A stretch of 64,000 nucleotides of DNA from Amphiscolops sp. MND2022 (lineage: Eukaryota): assembly GCA_964187785.1 (NCBI GenBank), contig OZ076409.1, positions 61,010,001 through 61,074,000 on the forward strand, in the 5' to 3' direction. A program made the translations under genes and the position numbers. A model generated the notes under the pieces. That model was not told the DNA's origin. It saw nothing but the letters and a program-made list of their open reading frames with translations, and did no database searches. Shown piece after piece: positions 1 through 11,478 of the stretch (positions are counted from its first letter, which is position 1; the number at the start of each line of letters is the position of its first letter).

Positions 1-404
1 CAAAGTTGGTACGTTAAGAATATTTTTTAAATTAAAACTCTGATTGCTTTACATCAAAATTGTCATTTTGTTATGACGCACACGCTATTTTTGCCCATTC
101 CTGTCTTATAGAACCTTATTTTAGATCTGTAAACCTATGCTAGTTAACCCTAAGTAAACCCTCAGCTATGTTCAGCACTTCAAACACATTTTTGTGCAGC
201 ACTTTTCTAGAACCCGAAAATCAGTGTTTCTTTCTGCTGAAAAATGTCTCCGAGAAGTGTCTGACGTTTCAGGTGAACCGGGTTTTGCTTTATATTCAAT
301 CCTTGAAAAAATTTTTGAAAAACCTTCGAGGTAACTCTTGGTGTCAACGGTAACTTCGAGCGCTCTCAGTGTAAACGCTGGAAGTTTCAGCGCTCGAAGT
401 TATC

Positions 405-831
405 GGAGACGGAAACCGTATGCGGTATTTCATGCGTAACCGAAATATTTATGTAAGATTCCCGAAGGAATTGGTCAATTCAATGTGGTTCACTGCATTG
501 AAAATGTTACTCCAGCTAGAAATCACAAGAGGTCTGATACGCAACTATAACTGCATACTTTTCACAAAATTATGCAAACTTTCTCGTGTAACAGTATGTT
601 ATAACCCATATGTCGAAAAGCATATGCATAGCAGTTTTTACTAGCGTTTGTATACATGCGTATGCTAGCGCATGCATATGCTTTTCGATATATGGGTTAT
701 AACATACTGTTACACGAGAAAATTTGAATAATTTTGTGAAAAGTATGCAGTTATAGTTTGACCAATTCCTTCGGGAATCTTACATAAATGTTGCGTTTGC
801 GTATGAAATACCGCATACGGTTTCCGTCTCC
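405..831. mobile_element. Foldback/MITE-like inverted-repeat element
   Basis: GGAGACGGAAACCGTATGCGGTATTTCAT...GGAATTGGTCAA (405-478) is the reverse complement of ~759-831. An inner arm pair spans ~543-630 and ~670-759. No credible ORF. Confidence 0.75.
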
Positions 832-865
832 AATTACAGATAGAAAATGAAGTTACTATATTGAA

Positions 866-1489
866 GAACAAGTCGGGAACGGCATAAGTTGGCCATATCT
901 GAGGCTCAAAAATAGCAAAAGGACATGAAAGTGTCAAAACTCAAAGTATCAAACTCACAAAAGGAGTATCAAACTCACAAAAAACCCAAACGACGGAACT
1001 GGCGCGCTAAAAGGGGATCCTTTCGCATTTTTAACTTCCACTGTTGCAAAACATCAAAAAATTGAAGGGCGAAAAAATATTGGTGCCAAAAAATATTTCC
1101 GATAAAAAGTCTCACAATGCCAAAAAAAAACAGAAAGGGATTTTTCAACGTCCATTTTGTTGCAAAACATCAAAAATTGAAGAGCACGCATTGGAGAAAA
1201 ATTTGTTTCTCAACAAAAAGTCTCACAATGCCGAAAAAAACTGAAAGAGGGGAACCTTTAGTCTCTACCGGTATGATATTTCACGCAGAAGAAGGGGAAA
1301 AACCTTTTGGTTCAGTTCATTAGACCAAATGATTCGATTTCGGACCATAAAATTTTTGTAGAACTTTTATGAACTATTTTGGTCAGTTCGTTTGGATTGA
1401 AAAAAAAATCACTATAACAGTCGCGTTTCACTTCATGAAGCGCCGACTAAAAAATGGGCATTGTAAACTAGCGAAAAAAGTTCACGTGC
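866..1489. repeat. Unclassified A-rich repeat with internal direct repeats, truncated by the gap
   Basis: TGTTGCAAAACATCAAAAAATTGAAG-like sequence at ~1042 and ~1158; AAAAAGTCTCACAATGCC at ~1104 and ~1215; GTATCAAACTCACAAAA tandem at ~946-985. Confidence 0.4.
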
Positions 1490-1689
1490 NNNNNNNNNNN
1501 NNNNNNNNNNNNNNNNNNNNNNNNNNNNNNNNNNNNNNNNNNNNNNNNNNNNNNNNNNNNNNNNNNNNNNNNNNNNNNNNNNNNNNNNNNNNNNNNNNNN
1601 NNNNNNNNNNNNNNNNNNNNNNNNNNNNNNNNNNNNNNNNNNNNNNNNNNNNNNNNNNNNNNNNNNNNNNNNNNNNNNNNNNNNNNNNN
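1490..1689. other. Assembly gap (200 N)
   Basis: Run of exactly 200 N. Confidence 0.99.
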
Positions 1690-1816
1690 TAATTTCAGTT
1701 TATGTTATTTGACACTAATTTTGTTTTTATGTTATTTGCATTTGTTATTTGGTACGTAATCAGCCTTTAAACATCTCCCCTGATTTTAAAGATGCATTCA
1801 AAATTAGGCAAAACTT

Positions 1817-2350
1817 CCATGACACTAATACGGTATATCAAAATTTACATATTGACGTACTACCCCCTTTGGTAGTTGTTTTCGTACAGTTTAAGATATG
1901 TATATGGTTTCCACGACACATGTATAATGATATGGTCCTACTTTCCACAGTCGCTTTCGTGGCCATCGAACAGTGAATGCTATTTTGGTGGAATCCAAGA
2001 CAATATGCTCAAAATGGTGGAAACCAGGACAATACAGTCAGATTTAAATATTGACGTACTACCCCCTTTGGTAGTTGTTTTCTTACAGTTTAAGATTAGT
2101 ATGCGGTTTCCACGACACATGTATAAAGTTAGGGTCTTACTTTCCACAGTCGTTTTAGCTCATTCGTTGAATGTGATACTACGAAAATGGCAGTTTATCA
2201 AAATCTGCCAGATTTTGATGACAAGCTAGATAATATTAAACGCCATGTTATTCGAAAACGCCATTCAAACATTGAGAAATTTTTCCTTGACCATAGGACG
2301 GCATAATGGATTTTAAATTTTGACGTACTACAATACAGTCAGAATTAAAC
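1817..2350 (+). repeat. Family A repeat block (199-bp unit, ~1.5 units plus flanking module)
   Basis: Unit ATATTGACGTACTACCCCCTTTGGTAGTTGTTTTC...CAATACAGTCAGATTTAA starts at ~1849 and again at ~2048. Confidence 0.95.
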
Positions 2351-2544
2351 CTTGTGTCTTATTTTCCCCTGCGGTCGCTTGGGGAGGGGGCATTTTGCGC
2401 AATTAATGACGAAATACAATTACCTTTGAAAAAGACGGCATGGTAAAAGCCATTTACAATTAAATAATTAGAACCAAACACTTTAATCTAACTTTATTCT
2501 GACATCAAAGCAGTATTTCAACCAATAAGGGTTAACCAAAAAGT

Positions 2545-2985
2545 TTGGCTTTCAATTACATTTCTTTCATTCTTGCCAAACAAACTCAAACGATCCAGTC
2601 TCTATTCTTTTTTGTCATCATTCAGTCTCTTGTTCTGCCATCAATCAGCCTCTCTTACCAGGTCATCTGTACTCGGTTTCTCCGCAAACCCTCTTCTGCA
2701 CCCAGTCTCTCTCCACAATTCATACATCTGTACTCATTTTCGCTTCTTGCTTCAATGGATAAAGTCATCTCACAAAATGGCGAAAACGGAGTTAACAAAT
2801 TACCTGGAAAGTCGCATGCCCCACGCAAAGTTGGGTTTTGCTACTACTGCCAAGTGTTCTACCCCAACGGGAAAACAAAGTACGAAGTTACCCAAAAAAA
2901 CACGTACGATGAAGAGATCATTTTTGATGACATCTGGAGACCGAACAATAATCTTCACGTCAAGCCTTTTAGGGCTCAGCTCTAA
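2545..2985 (+). CDS. Hypothetical small protein in a repeat-bracketed cassette (first ATG 2754, ~76 aa, CxxC)
   Basis: ORF is conserved in the duplicate at 9274-9714. No recognisable domain, and an overlapping frame (2573-3004) is equally open. Confidence 0.25.
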   Translation: MAFNYISFILAKQTQTIQSLFFFVIIQSLVLPSISLSYQVICTRFLRKPSSAPSLSPQFIHLYSFSLLASMDKVISQNGENGVNKLPGKSHAPRKVGFCYYCQVFYPNGKTKYEVTQKNTYDEEIIFDDIWRPNNNLHVKPFRAQL

Positions 2986-3319
2986 ACACAACCAGTACCC
3001 CTGAAATCAAATCCAGTACAGCAGAAATCCAGAGAAGAAATTAAAAGCCCTCTCGAGCCACTCTTTCACTACTGCTTCAACAGAAGAAACTTGTTGATTT
3101 GTTCTTTTCATTTATATTTTTGTATTTAGATGATCAATTAATTTTATTCATATACAGTCATTTTCGATGCAAAGCTCTAAATTGTTTGAGTTACCGTAGA
3201 CCGAGAAACGCGCAGAGAGAGGAAGATGAATTATATATTGCACAAATATTCGTGGACAAAAAAGTAAAGCTAGAGCCAGTAAATTTGGCTAACGAAGTCC
3301 TAGTCTAATTAAAACAAAA

Positions 3320-3770
3320 CATTGAAAACAAGTTGGCAAGGCATTTTGATGTAAAATGGCATTTGTTCATAATTGTCTTTTTGTCAAAATATGGCAGATT
3401 TTTATCAACTGCCATTTTTCGAAAGCATTTCACGAATGAGCTAGTTCTTGAATGGTCCTAAAATGATTGTGGAAAGTAAGACCATATCGTTATACATGTG
3501 TCGTGGAAACCGCATACTAATCTTAAACTGTAAGAAAACAACTACCAAAGGGGGTAGTACGTCAATATTTAAATCTGACTGTATTTTCCTGGTTTCCACC
3601 ATTTTGAGCATATTGTCTTGGATTCCACCAAAATAGCATTCACTGTTCGATGGCCACGAAAGCGACTGTGGAAAGTAGGACCATATCATTATACATGTGT
3701 CGTGGAAACCATATACATATCTTAAACTGTACGAAAACAACTACCAAAGGGGGTAGTACGTCAATATGTA
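3320..3770 (-). repeat. Family A repeat block, inverted
   Basis: Reverse complement of the 1849-2160 units, followed by the shared TGGCAG-rich flank. Confidence 0.95.
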
Positions 3771-3794
3771 AAAGTATGTAACAGTATGTATTTT

Positions 3795-3910
3795 AAAAAC
3801 CAAGGAAGGAGCCAAAATCTCCAGATTACCTGCGCCTTGGCGTGAGAAATTTAACTCGTTTAGTGTCGATACTAGAAATTACCTTTACATGGATGAACGG
3901 TTGGTTATCC
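3795..3910 (+). pseudogene. Short gypsy pol fragment
   Basis: Translates KTKEGAKISRLPAPWREKFNSFSVDTRNYLYMDERLVI, homologous to KINRLPTPWREKYKCLSLDANDFVYMDERLVI in ORF 17418-17930. Confidence 0.8.
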
Positions 3911-4106
3911 TGTTAACTCGGAGAAGATATGGTAAGAAAGATGAATTAAAAGTAATACAAACACAATCGTTAATGTATGAACTATTCACTATCTGTATCA
4001 TAGAGTTCGACTTCAACTAATGTTCATACTGTAAAGTTCTTCATCGTAGACATTGGCAGGTACTATGAACTAATTAGTTCATCTTTTTAGTGACGTCTAC
4101 TTCTCA
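3911..4106 (-). repeat. Putative 3' LTR of the minus-strand gypsy element
   Basis: Bounded by TG (3911) and CA (4105-4106). A polypurine tract (GGGGGGAA on minus, 4107-4114) abuts it, and it lies downstream of the integrase ORF. Confidence 0.65.
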
Positions 4107-4261
4107 TTCCCCCCTTTGTAAATCAGGGAAACCATTGTTGAGCTTCTGTGGGTTCCCACTTGACTTTGGCATCGGCTGTTGGGTTTTCCTTTTTGATTTT
4201 CGGAAAGGGTTGTCGCAGGAATCGTTGTAGTGGGCTGGAGAACTCTAAACGACTTAACCAA

Positions 4262-6412
4262 TTAGAAATACTCTACCCCTCCTAACTTTACAGTTCGTTT
4301 AGCGCCTTTTATTCTACTTGATCTACGAAGGTCAGGTGACTCTGTTTGCGTTTTATGGTTTTCTAATTCCTTTTTGTCTACTATTTTTAAGTTACCTCTT
4401 TTAGGGTTTGTTTTCCCTTTCTTCGGAGTGGCGTCGGTATTCGCAGTGGCCCGTATTGGCGTCTGCTGTTCGCCTTCCGGTTGTTTCGGTTGTGCGCCGT
4501 AACTGGTGCTACATTGTACCGGCGTAGACGGTGGCGGTGTGCGTATCTCGGGTGTGGTTTCTTCTTCGGGCCGTAGTGTTTCCGCTGTGACGGTAGTGTT
4601 ACTTGCTTGCGGTCCCTGTTCTTCCGTTGATTTGTCTTGTCCGTTGCTTGTTACTATGACATCGCCGTAGGTCGATCTTTTCTCTGGCATTGTTGGAAGG
4701 GTGTAGCTGCATCCCGGTTCATCGGTGGTACCGTATACTCGTTTGTGGGTATCGCAGTACTTTCCTTGGCTAAATTTTCCGCATCTGGCACAGCGGTTTG
4801 TGGGTTTCCTCTTTTCCTCTGACTTTTTCGGCAGCTGAAATTTTATCGGTTTCGAAGCTAATTTTTTATGAATTATTTTTCCGTCTGATGTTGTTATAGT
4901 GTGTTTGGTTTCATTCACGGCTGTCAGTATCTTGTTGGTTTTAAATTTGCATTTCATTGCGTTTGGTTTGTTTTCTTTTTCAAAAAATTGGTACTGTTTA
5001 AATTCCTTGCTTACCGATCTGTTTCTTTTCTTCGAGTCGTTAAGAATCAGATAGTCTGCCATTTCTCCCTCTGAGTCGTTGATTGTAAACATCTGTAGCT
5101 CAGTGGGTTGTGCTGAAACGTAATTGGTCAGTGTCTTTTTCCAATTGGATAGAAGACATTCTGATCGGCCGATTAGACTGGTTATTGCCGTGCGTGGCTT
5201 ACGTCCGTAGTGCATTTGGAATGGCGTCATATTCAACTTACTATGCGGAGTTTGTCTAATTGTTTTGATTGCCAATTTAACACCTTCTTCAAATGTTAGG
5301 CCGTCTGCCATATTAGCTCTAGTTAATGACTTAATTGTCCGTATCGTTCTTTCTACATGTAGATTCGGTGTACATCTAATGCGTTTTATATTTTCTTGGT
5401 TACAAAATTCTTTGAATTCGTTACTTTTAAAACAACTACCGTTGTCGGTGCGTACGCTCCGTGGTGTCCCGTTATCTGAACAGTATTCCGTTAAAAATTT
5501 TAAAACTGTCCGTGTGTCGGTGTTTTTACAAATTTTGGCGGTGGGCCATTTGCTAAAACGGTCGACTGCGACTAAAATATATACATCGCCGCGAGTCTTT
5601 GATTTTATTGGACCGGCAAAGTCCAATTGTATTTCTTGATTCGGTTCGGACAAATTTTCTAAATAGTTTTTCTCCGTTGACGGTAATTGCGTTGTTAAAT
5701 TCTTACCTGACGACCTGCAGCTGGGACAGTTTTCCGCTTTTTCCTTTATCTCCCGATAGAGGCCTGGCCACCAGAAGGCTGTGGATAATTGCTCCATCTT
5801 TGTGGCCGATGGGTGTCCTTGATGGAGCATGGCGATGATTGTGCTTCTCATTGCTTCGGGTATAACGATCTTGTCGTTATAGAAGAGTAGGCCGAATCGG
5901 GTTGTCAGGTGATGTCTGTGTGGCCGATAGGGATAAAAGATCCCCTCAATCTGGTTCTTTTCGACGGCAGTGATAGCATTCAAGATTTTTGTGTCTCTCG
6001 CCGTTTCTTCTACTAACATCGGCAAGTCAAGTGCAAAATCTTTTTCGACTTTCTTGATGGTTTCCTCTGTCCGCTCATTGTGTTCGTCGTCTAGGTTGTT
6101 CGTCTTTACAGTTTGTTTCAGTCGGATTAGGTTTATTGTTTCGTGTTTCCGAAACTTTTTGATGGCGTTTGTGGGACATTTTTCTTGTGTGACATTGCTC
6201 GTTTGGCTTTCAGTGTCGGATGATTGTGCTATCCACGATTCATAATTGTTCTGTTGGAACTCTTTCAGTGGCGTCGTACCCAGCGTATCGCAAAAACTGA
6301 AGAATCTGTTGTATATTTGTACATTTAATTCAACAATTCTTTTTCGTACTTGCTGTGAGGGTCGGTATTCTTGAAGTCTTTCGTTGTCTGTCCCTTTTCC
6401 CACGATTCTCAA
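4262..6412 (-). CDS. pol: Gypsy integrase region (HHCC zinc finger + rve core), frameshifted from upstream pol
   Basis: HQGH...CPSC, QLDFAGP, VDRFSKW, TDNG and VERTIRTIK motifs. Confidence 0.9.
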   Translation of the reverse strand: MRIVGKGTDNERLQEYRPSQQVRKRIVELNVQIYNRFFSFCDTLGTTPLKEFQQNNYESWIAQSSDTESQTSNVTQEKCPTNAIKKFRKHETINLIRLKQTVKTNNLDDEHNERTEETIKKVEKDFALDLPMLVEETARDTKILNAITAVEKNQIEGIFYPYRPHRHHLTTRFGLLFYNDKIVIPEAMRSTIIAMLHQGHPSATKMEQLSTAFWWPGLYREIKEKAENCPSCRSSGKNLTTQLPSTEKNYLENLSEPNQEIQLDFAGPIKSKTRGDVYILVAVDRFSKWPTAKICKNTDTRTVLKFLTEYCSDNGTPRSVRTDNGSCFKSNEFKEFCNQENIKRIRCTPNLHVERTIRTIKSLTRANMADGLTFEEGVKLAIKTIRQTPHSKLNMTPFQMHYGRKPRTAITSLIGRSECLLSNWKKTLTNYVSAQPTELQMFTINDSEGEMADYLILNDSKKRNRSVSKEFKQYQFFEKENKPNAMKCKFKTNKILTAVNETKHTITTSDGKIIHKKLASKPIKFQLPKKSEEKRKPTNRCARCGKFSQGKYCDTHKRVYGTTDEPGCSYTLPTMPEKRSTYGDVIVTSNGQDKSTEEQGPQASNTTVTAETLRPEEETTPEIRTPPPSTPVQCSTSYGAQPKQPEGEQQTPIRATANTDATPKKGKTNPKRGNLKIVDKKELENHKTQTESPDLRRSSRIKGAKRTVKLGGVEYF

Positions 6413-7429
6413 TTTTTCGGGTTTCAGTAGTCTCTTTCTCTCTGTCCAGAGTCTGAAGGTGTCTGGTGAATGCCCTCTTTTCTTGAATATGAAGTCATGT
6501 CAATTCCGTTTATTTTGTCCATATTGGATGGCTTTACTGATCTATTTGAAGAATTCACGGATGCGATTTGATTAACACCGTTCAGTGGTATCGAAGTTTC
6601 GAGCAATTGAGTTTGTCTATTTTGTTCACGCTTACATGTGCCGTGTTGTGATTGGTCGATTTTTTGTCTCGGCTTTGTTCGTTCTGTGAATCGTTTTATG
6701 CTTACGTTCGTTTGAATGAAATCGAATAAGCCGTGTATTTGGTTTATTACGAACTCTTCTTCGGATTCCGTTTCGTTTTGACCGTTAAAGTTATTCTCCG
6801 CTGCGCTTTCATCGGTGTTTACGATCGGGTGTCGGCTTAAGTAGTCCGTCAATGGGATGTTTTTACCGGCGGTATATTGAACATTTACATCGAAGTGGCT
6901 TAATCTGTCTAACCACCGTGTTAACCTGGCGCTGTACTGTTTGTGCACCCTGTTCCGTTTTAGCAACGGTTGTAGGACAGGTTATTCTTGGACAGGTTAT
7001 TGATGAACTTCTGTATTTTTTTTGTGGTTTTGTTTAATTCCGCTGTATTAATTATAGGCGGTATTATCGTTACCGGAGAGCCAGTGTCAATAATAAATTC
7101 TATTGGCTGTCCTTGGACCAATAGTATCGCTTTGTAGAAGTCGATCCGATTTATGCCGTTGACGGATTGGATGTGATCAATTTCGGGCCATGATTCGGTG
7201 TCACTGTCCGTTGACGGTTCTTTTTGTATCCGGCTGACGGTCTTGGATTTACACACTTTGGCAAAGTGACCCATCTTCTTGCAGTTATTACACTGTGCTC
7301 TCCGTGCTGGGCAAATATGTTCCATTGACCAATTTGGTTTACCGCAAAAGCGACAATTACGATTTGATATTTTCTTCTTCCACGTTTCGGTGGTTTTTTG
7401 TTTCCGTATTGGTTGTGTGTTTCGACCGT

Positions 7430-7872
7430 TTCGACGCTTTGGGAATCCGCCGAATGAAATGCAAAACAATACGTTTAGTTGCTGTTGCCTTAACTTCGAG
7501 ATACAGTTCATAATACATTGTTATCTCCCCTTCTTTTCTTCTTGAGTACTGCCTCTCAGCTGTCTTTAACAACCTCACTTGACGTCTCTGACCCTTCTAG
7601 TACCTCTTCCTCAATTGGCAATTCGGCCTCATTTAGCATTTCTTGACTATTTGGCAAGTTGGCTTGTTTTGGCTTTTCTTCTTCACTGCTGCTATTTTCA
7701 TCTTCCGATACTCCCTGCCTTTTTGACGGTCCCGGGTTATTCGCCTCTTTTCTCTCGATTGCTATATCTCTTTGGGATAATACCACAGGGCTTCCTCGGC
7801 TTGGCAGAATTGTCACAGTATGGTCCGATTCTCTAATTGGCTGAGCCGTTTTCCTTTTGAATGTTTCCTCCA
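7430..7872 (-). pseudogene. 3' tail fragment of another gypsy integrase ORF
   Basis: EETFKRKTAQPIRESDHTVTILP resembles ERAYKKKKGVLLEQSNHTINFLP in ORF 16225-16959. It abuts family B repeats at 7873. Confidence 0.55.
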
Positions 7873-8260
7873 ATTTTTTTACTCACGATTGGGACCAAAA
7901 TATCACAAAACCTTTTTTTCATTTTAGTATTCTAAAAGGCCTCCTTTTTGACCTCACGAAAGATATTATGGACATATTTCGTCCCTCTGACTTCTTCTAG
8001 CAACGAAATTCGGTTAAAAAAGTATTTCAAAGGTGAAATTATTCGTGAATAATTTTGGTCCCAATCGTGAGTAATTTTTTTACTCACGATTGGGACCAAA
8101 ATATCAAAAAATCTTTTTTTCATTTTAGTATTCTGAAAGGCCTCCTTTTTGTCCTCACGAAAGATATTATGGACATATTTCGTCCCTCTGACTTCTTCTA
8201 GCAACGGAACTCGGCTAAAAGTAATTCAAAGGTGAAATTAATCTTGAATAATTTTGGTCA
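7873..8260 (+). repeat. Family B tandem repeat (~201-bp unit, 2 units) with hairpin junction
   Basis: ACTCACGATTGGGACCAAAA at 7881 and 8082; perfect 22-bp-arm inverted repeat at 8053-8101. Confidence 0.9.
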
Positions 8261-8772
8261 CAAATTGTCACAAAGTTTGATCCTGGTTTCACAAAATTAT
8301 TGACTGATCTTACATTGTTTTTTTAATAACATGGCAGTCATACGAAATGTCACTCAAAATCAAAATTTGGCAGATTATGCTAAACTACTAATTGTTAGAA
8401 TGGTTACAATTTATCATGTTTTGATCCTCCAGTATGTCAGATGACTCTCATCCTTTTATGGTAAGCTATAGTTCGATAATTTGAAGCAAACCCGTGAACA
8501 GTTTCTAACTACATGCACACTTGTCAAAAGAGAACGCTACTCTCTCTCCTGATTCCTTGGTCAACCATAGTCCGTGAAAAGTCACGTTTAGTTCGTAATT
8601 TGCAATTTTGTGCTACCTACATGTAGTTGAGTAACTGCTCGTTTATTTATCATTTCTTGTTGAAACTTTGTTTGATTTTGATTCATTGCCACTTTTGCTA
8701 CTTCATTCCTCTTTGTGCAAGGCTCTCGAGACATACTTATCTATCCGAACTCTCAATACTCAAGGTAAGGGT

Positions 8773-10378
8773 TTAAATATTGACGTACTACCACCTTTGG
8801 TAGTTGTTTTCTCAAAGTTTAGGATATGTATGCGGTTTCCACGACACATGTATAAAGTTAGGGTCTTACTTTCCACAGTCGTTTTAGCTCATTCGTTGAA
8901 TGTGATACTACGAAAATGGCAGTTTATCAAAATCTGCCAGATTTTGATGACAAGCTAGATAATATTAAACGCCATGTTATTCGAAAACGCCATTCAAACA
9001 TTGAGAAATTTTTCCTTGACCATAGGACGGCATAATGGATTTTAAATTTTGACGTACTACAATACAGTCAGAATTAAACCTTGTGTCTTATTTTCCCCTG
9101 CGGTCGCTTGGGGAGGGGGCATTTTGCGCAATTAATGACGAAATACAATTACCTTTGAAAAAGACGGCATGGTAAAAGCCATTTACAATTAAATAATTAG
9201 AACCAAACACTTTAATCTAACTTTATTCTGACATCAAAGCAGTATTTCAACCAATAAGGGTTAACCAAAAAGTTTGGCTTTCAATTACATTTCTTTCATT
9301 CTTGCCAAACAAACTCAAACGATCCAGTCTCTATTCTTTTTTGTCATCATTCAGTCTCTTGTTCTGCCATCAATCAGCCTCTCTTACCAGGTCATCTGTA
9401 CTCGGTTTCTCCGCAAACCCTCTTCTGCACCCAGTCTCTCTCCACAATTCATACATCTGTACTCATTTTCGCTTCTTGCTTCAATGGATAAAGTCATCTC
9501 ACAAAATGGCGAAAACGGAGTTAACAAATTACCTGGAAAGTCGCATGCCCCACGCAAAGTTGGGTTTTGCTACTACTGCCAAGTGTTCTACCCCAACGGG
9601 AAAACAAAGTACGAAGTTACCCAAAAAAACACGTACGATGAAGAGATCATTTTCGATGACATCTGGAGACCGAACAATAATCTTCACGTCAAGCCTTTTA
9701 GGGCTCAGCTCTAAACAGAACCAGTACCCCTGAAATCAAATCCAGTACAGCAGAAATCCAAAGAAGAAATTATAAGCCCTCTCGAGCCACTCTTTCACTA
9801 CTGCTTCAACAGAAGAAACTTGTTGATTTGTTCTTTTCATATATATTTTTGTATTTAGATGATCAATTAATTTTATTCATATACAGTCATTTTCGATGCA
9901 AAGCTCTAAATTGTTTGAGTTACCGTAGACCGAGAAACGCGCAGAGAGAGGAAGATGAATTATATATTGCACAAATACTCGTGGACAAAAAAGTAGAGCT
10001 AGAGCCAGTAAATTTGGCTAACGATGTCCTAGTCTAATTAAAACAAAACATTGAAAACAAGTTGGCAAGGCATTTTGATGTAAAATGGCATTTGTTCATA
10101 ATTGTCTTTTTGTCAAAATATGGCAGATTTTTATCAACTGCCAATTTTCGAAAGCATTTCACGAATGAGCTAGTTCTTGAATGGTCCTAAAACGATTGTG
10201 GAAAGTAAGACCATATCGTTATACATGTGTCGTGGAAACCGCATACTAATCTTAAACTGTAAGAAAACAACTACCAAAGGGGGTAGTACGTCAATATTTA
10301 AATCTGACTGTAATGTCCTGGTTTCCACCATTTTGAGCATATTGTCTTGGATTCCACCAAAATAGCATTCACTGTTCA
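8773..10378 (+). repeat. Near-identical duplicate of cassette ~2044-3648 (A(+) / small ORF / A(-))
   Basis: Constant offset of 6729. ORF 9274-9714 translates identically to 2545-2985, and there are only scattered SNPs. Confidence 0.95.
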
Positions 10379-10826
10379 ATGTCTAACAATTCTGAGTCTT
10401 TAACAAAGTAATACAATGTAAAATTTGGTTTCGAAGTTATGCAAGTTTTTGCTAGGCAGTATTCCATTGCTAGCTAACAATTAATTAGAATCCTAATTAC
10501 GGACAAGTGAGATCAACAATTTCTCTTTGTTCAGCTATTGCTATTGAACCGTGAATCAGAACAATTTGAAGCTGAATATGAACATTGTAAACGCGACCAG
10601 GCCGCCCATATTTTGTCCCCGGTGTCCCAACCATCATGACATGTAATAGCAACGAATACTTTTCTCCTTGACTTGTAATAAACACAAAATTTGTCTCAAA
10701 AGTCCTAGTCTCACGAAAACACCTATCAATTTTGCATGGCATTTTTTGAAAACATGGCATTTATTCATAACTGTCTTGTCATTAAATGTGGCAGATTTTG
10801 ATCAATTGCCATTTTTTCATTAGCAC
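10379..10826. repeat. Inter-repeat spacer module C, copy 1 (others at 14211-14659 and inverted at ~31485-32060)
   Basis: Near-identical 87-codon frames at 10497-10760(-), 14329-14592(-) and 31552-31815(+). Confidence 0.9.
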
Positions 10827-11397
10827 TCAACGAATGAGCTCGTTTTTGAATGGTCCCAAAACGACTATAGAAAGTAAGACCATATCTTTATACATGTGTC
10901 GTGGAAACCGCATACTAATCTTAAACTGTAAGAAAACAACTACCAAAGGGGGTAGTACGTCAATATTTAAATCTGACTGTAATGTCCTGGTTTCCACCAT
11001 TTTGAGCATATTGTCTTGGATTCCACCAAAATAGCATTCACTGTTCGATGGCCACGAAAGCGACTGTGGAAAGTAGGACCGTATCAGTATACATGTGTCG
11101 TGGAAACCACATACATATCTTAAACTGTAAGAAAACAACTACCAAAGGGGGTAGTACGTCAATATTTAAATCTGACTGTAATGTCCTGGTTTCCACCATT
11201 TTGAGCATATTGTCTTGGATTCCACCAAAATAGCATTCACTGTTCGATGGCCACGAAAGCGACTGTGGAAAGTAGGACCGTATCAGTATACATGTGTCGT
11301 GGAAACCACATACATATCTTAAACTGTAAGAAAACAACTACCAAAGGGGGTAGTACGTCAATATTCAAATCTGACTGTTTTGTCTAGGTTTCCACCA
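10827..11397 (-). repeat. Family A tandem array, ~2.7 units
   Basis: GCCACGAAAGCGACTGTGG at 11051 and 11250 gives a period of 199. Confidence 0.95.
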
Positions 11398-11478
11398 GTG
11401 TGAGTTTATTGTCCATTTTGAGGACTTTAAAAAAATTCAATGCAAATGATGTTTTTCTTTTTTAAACCTATATTCCAG

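Larger units (their letters stand above)
3911..7430 (-). mobile_element. Internally deleted Ty3/gypsy LTR retrotransposon (RT missing)
   Basis: Gag CCHC knuckles and protease DTGS (6960-7511) are joined directly to the RNase H C-terminus (DYLSR, 6424-6966) and integrase. No YxDD RT motif. Confidence 0.9.

Noticed and set aside
1944..1980. RSS-like heptamers (CACAGTC, AACAGTG) in repeat A
   Set aside because: Imperfect, with no nonamer at 12/23-bp spacing. I could not identify canonical CAC-starting TIRs or TSDs for the island.
1749..2229. Recurrent short ORFs (MFSYSLRYVYGFHDTC..., ...DVLPPLVVVFLQFKI...) throughout 1.7-34.3 kb
   Set aside because: These are translations of the 199-bp repeat. 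The unit length is not a multiple of 3 and frames open on both strands, so they are not genes.
10497..10760. 87-aa ORF in spacer C (three copies)
   Set aside because: Conservation is explained by recent duplication, it begins inside the repeat flank, and it has no recognisable domain.
10170..11397. CRISPR-like array
   Set aside because: Units are ~200 bp, tandem without unique short spacers, in a eukaryotic context with no cas genes.
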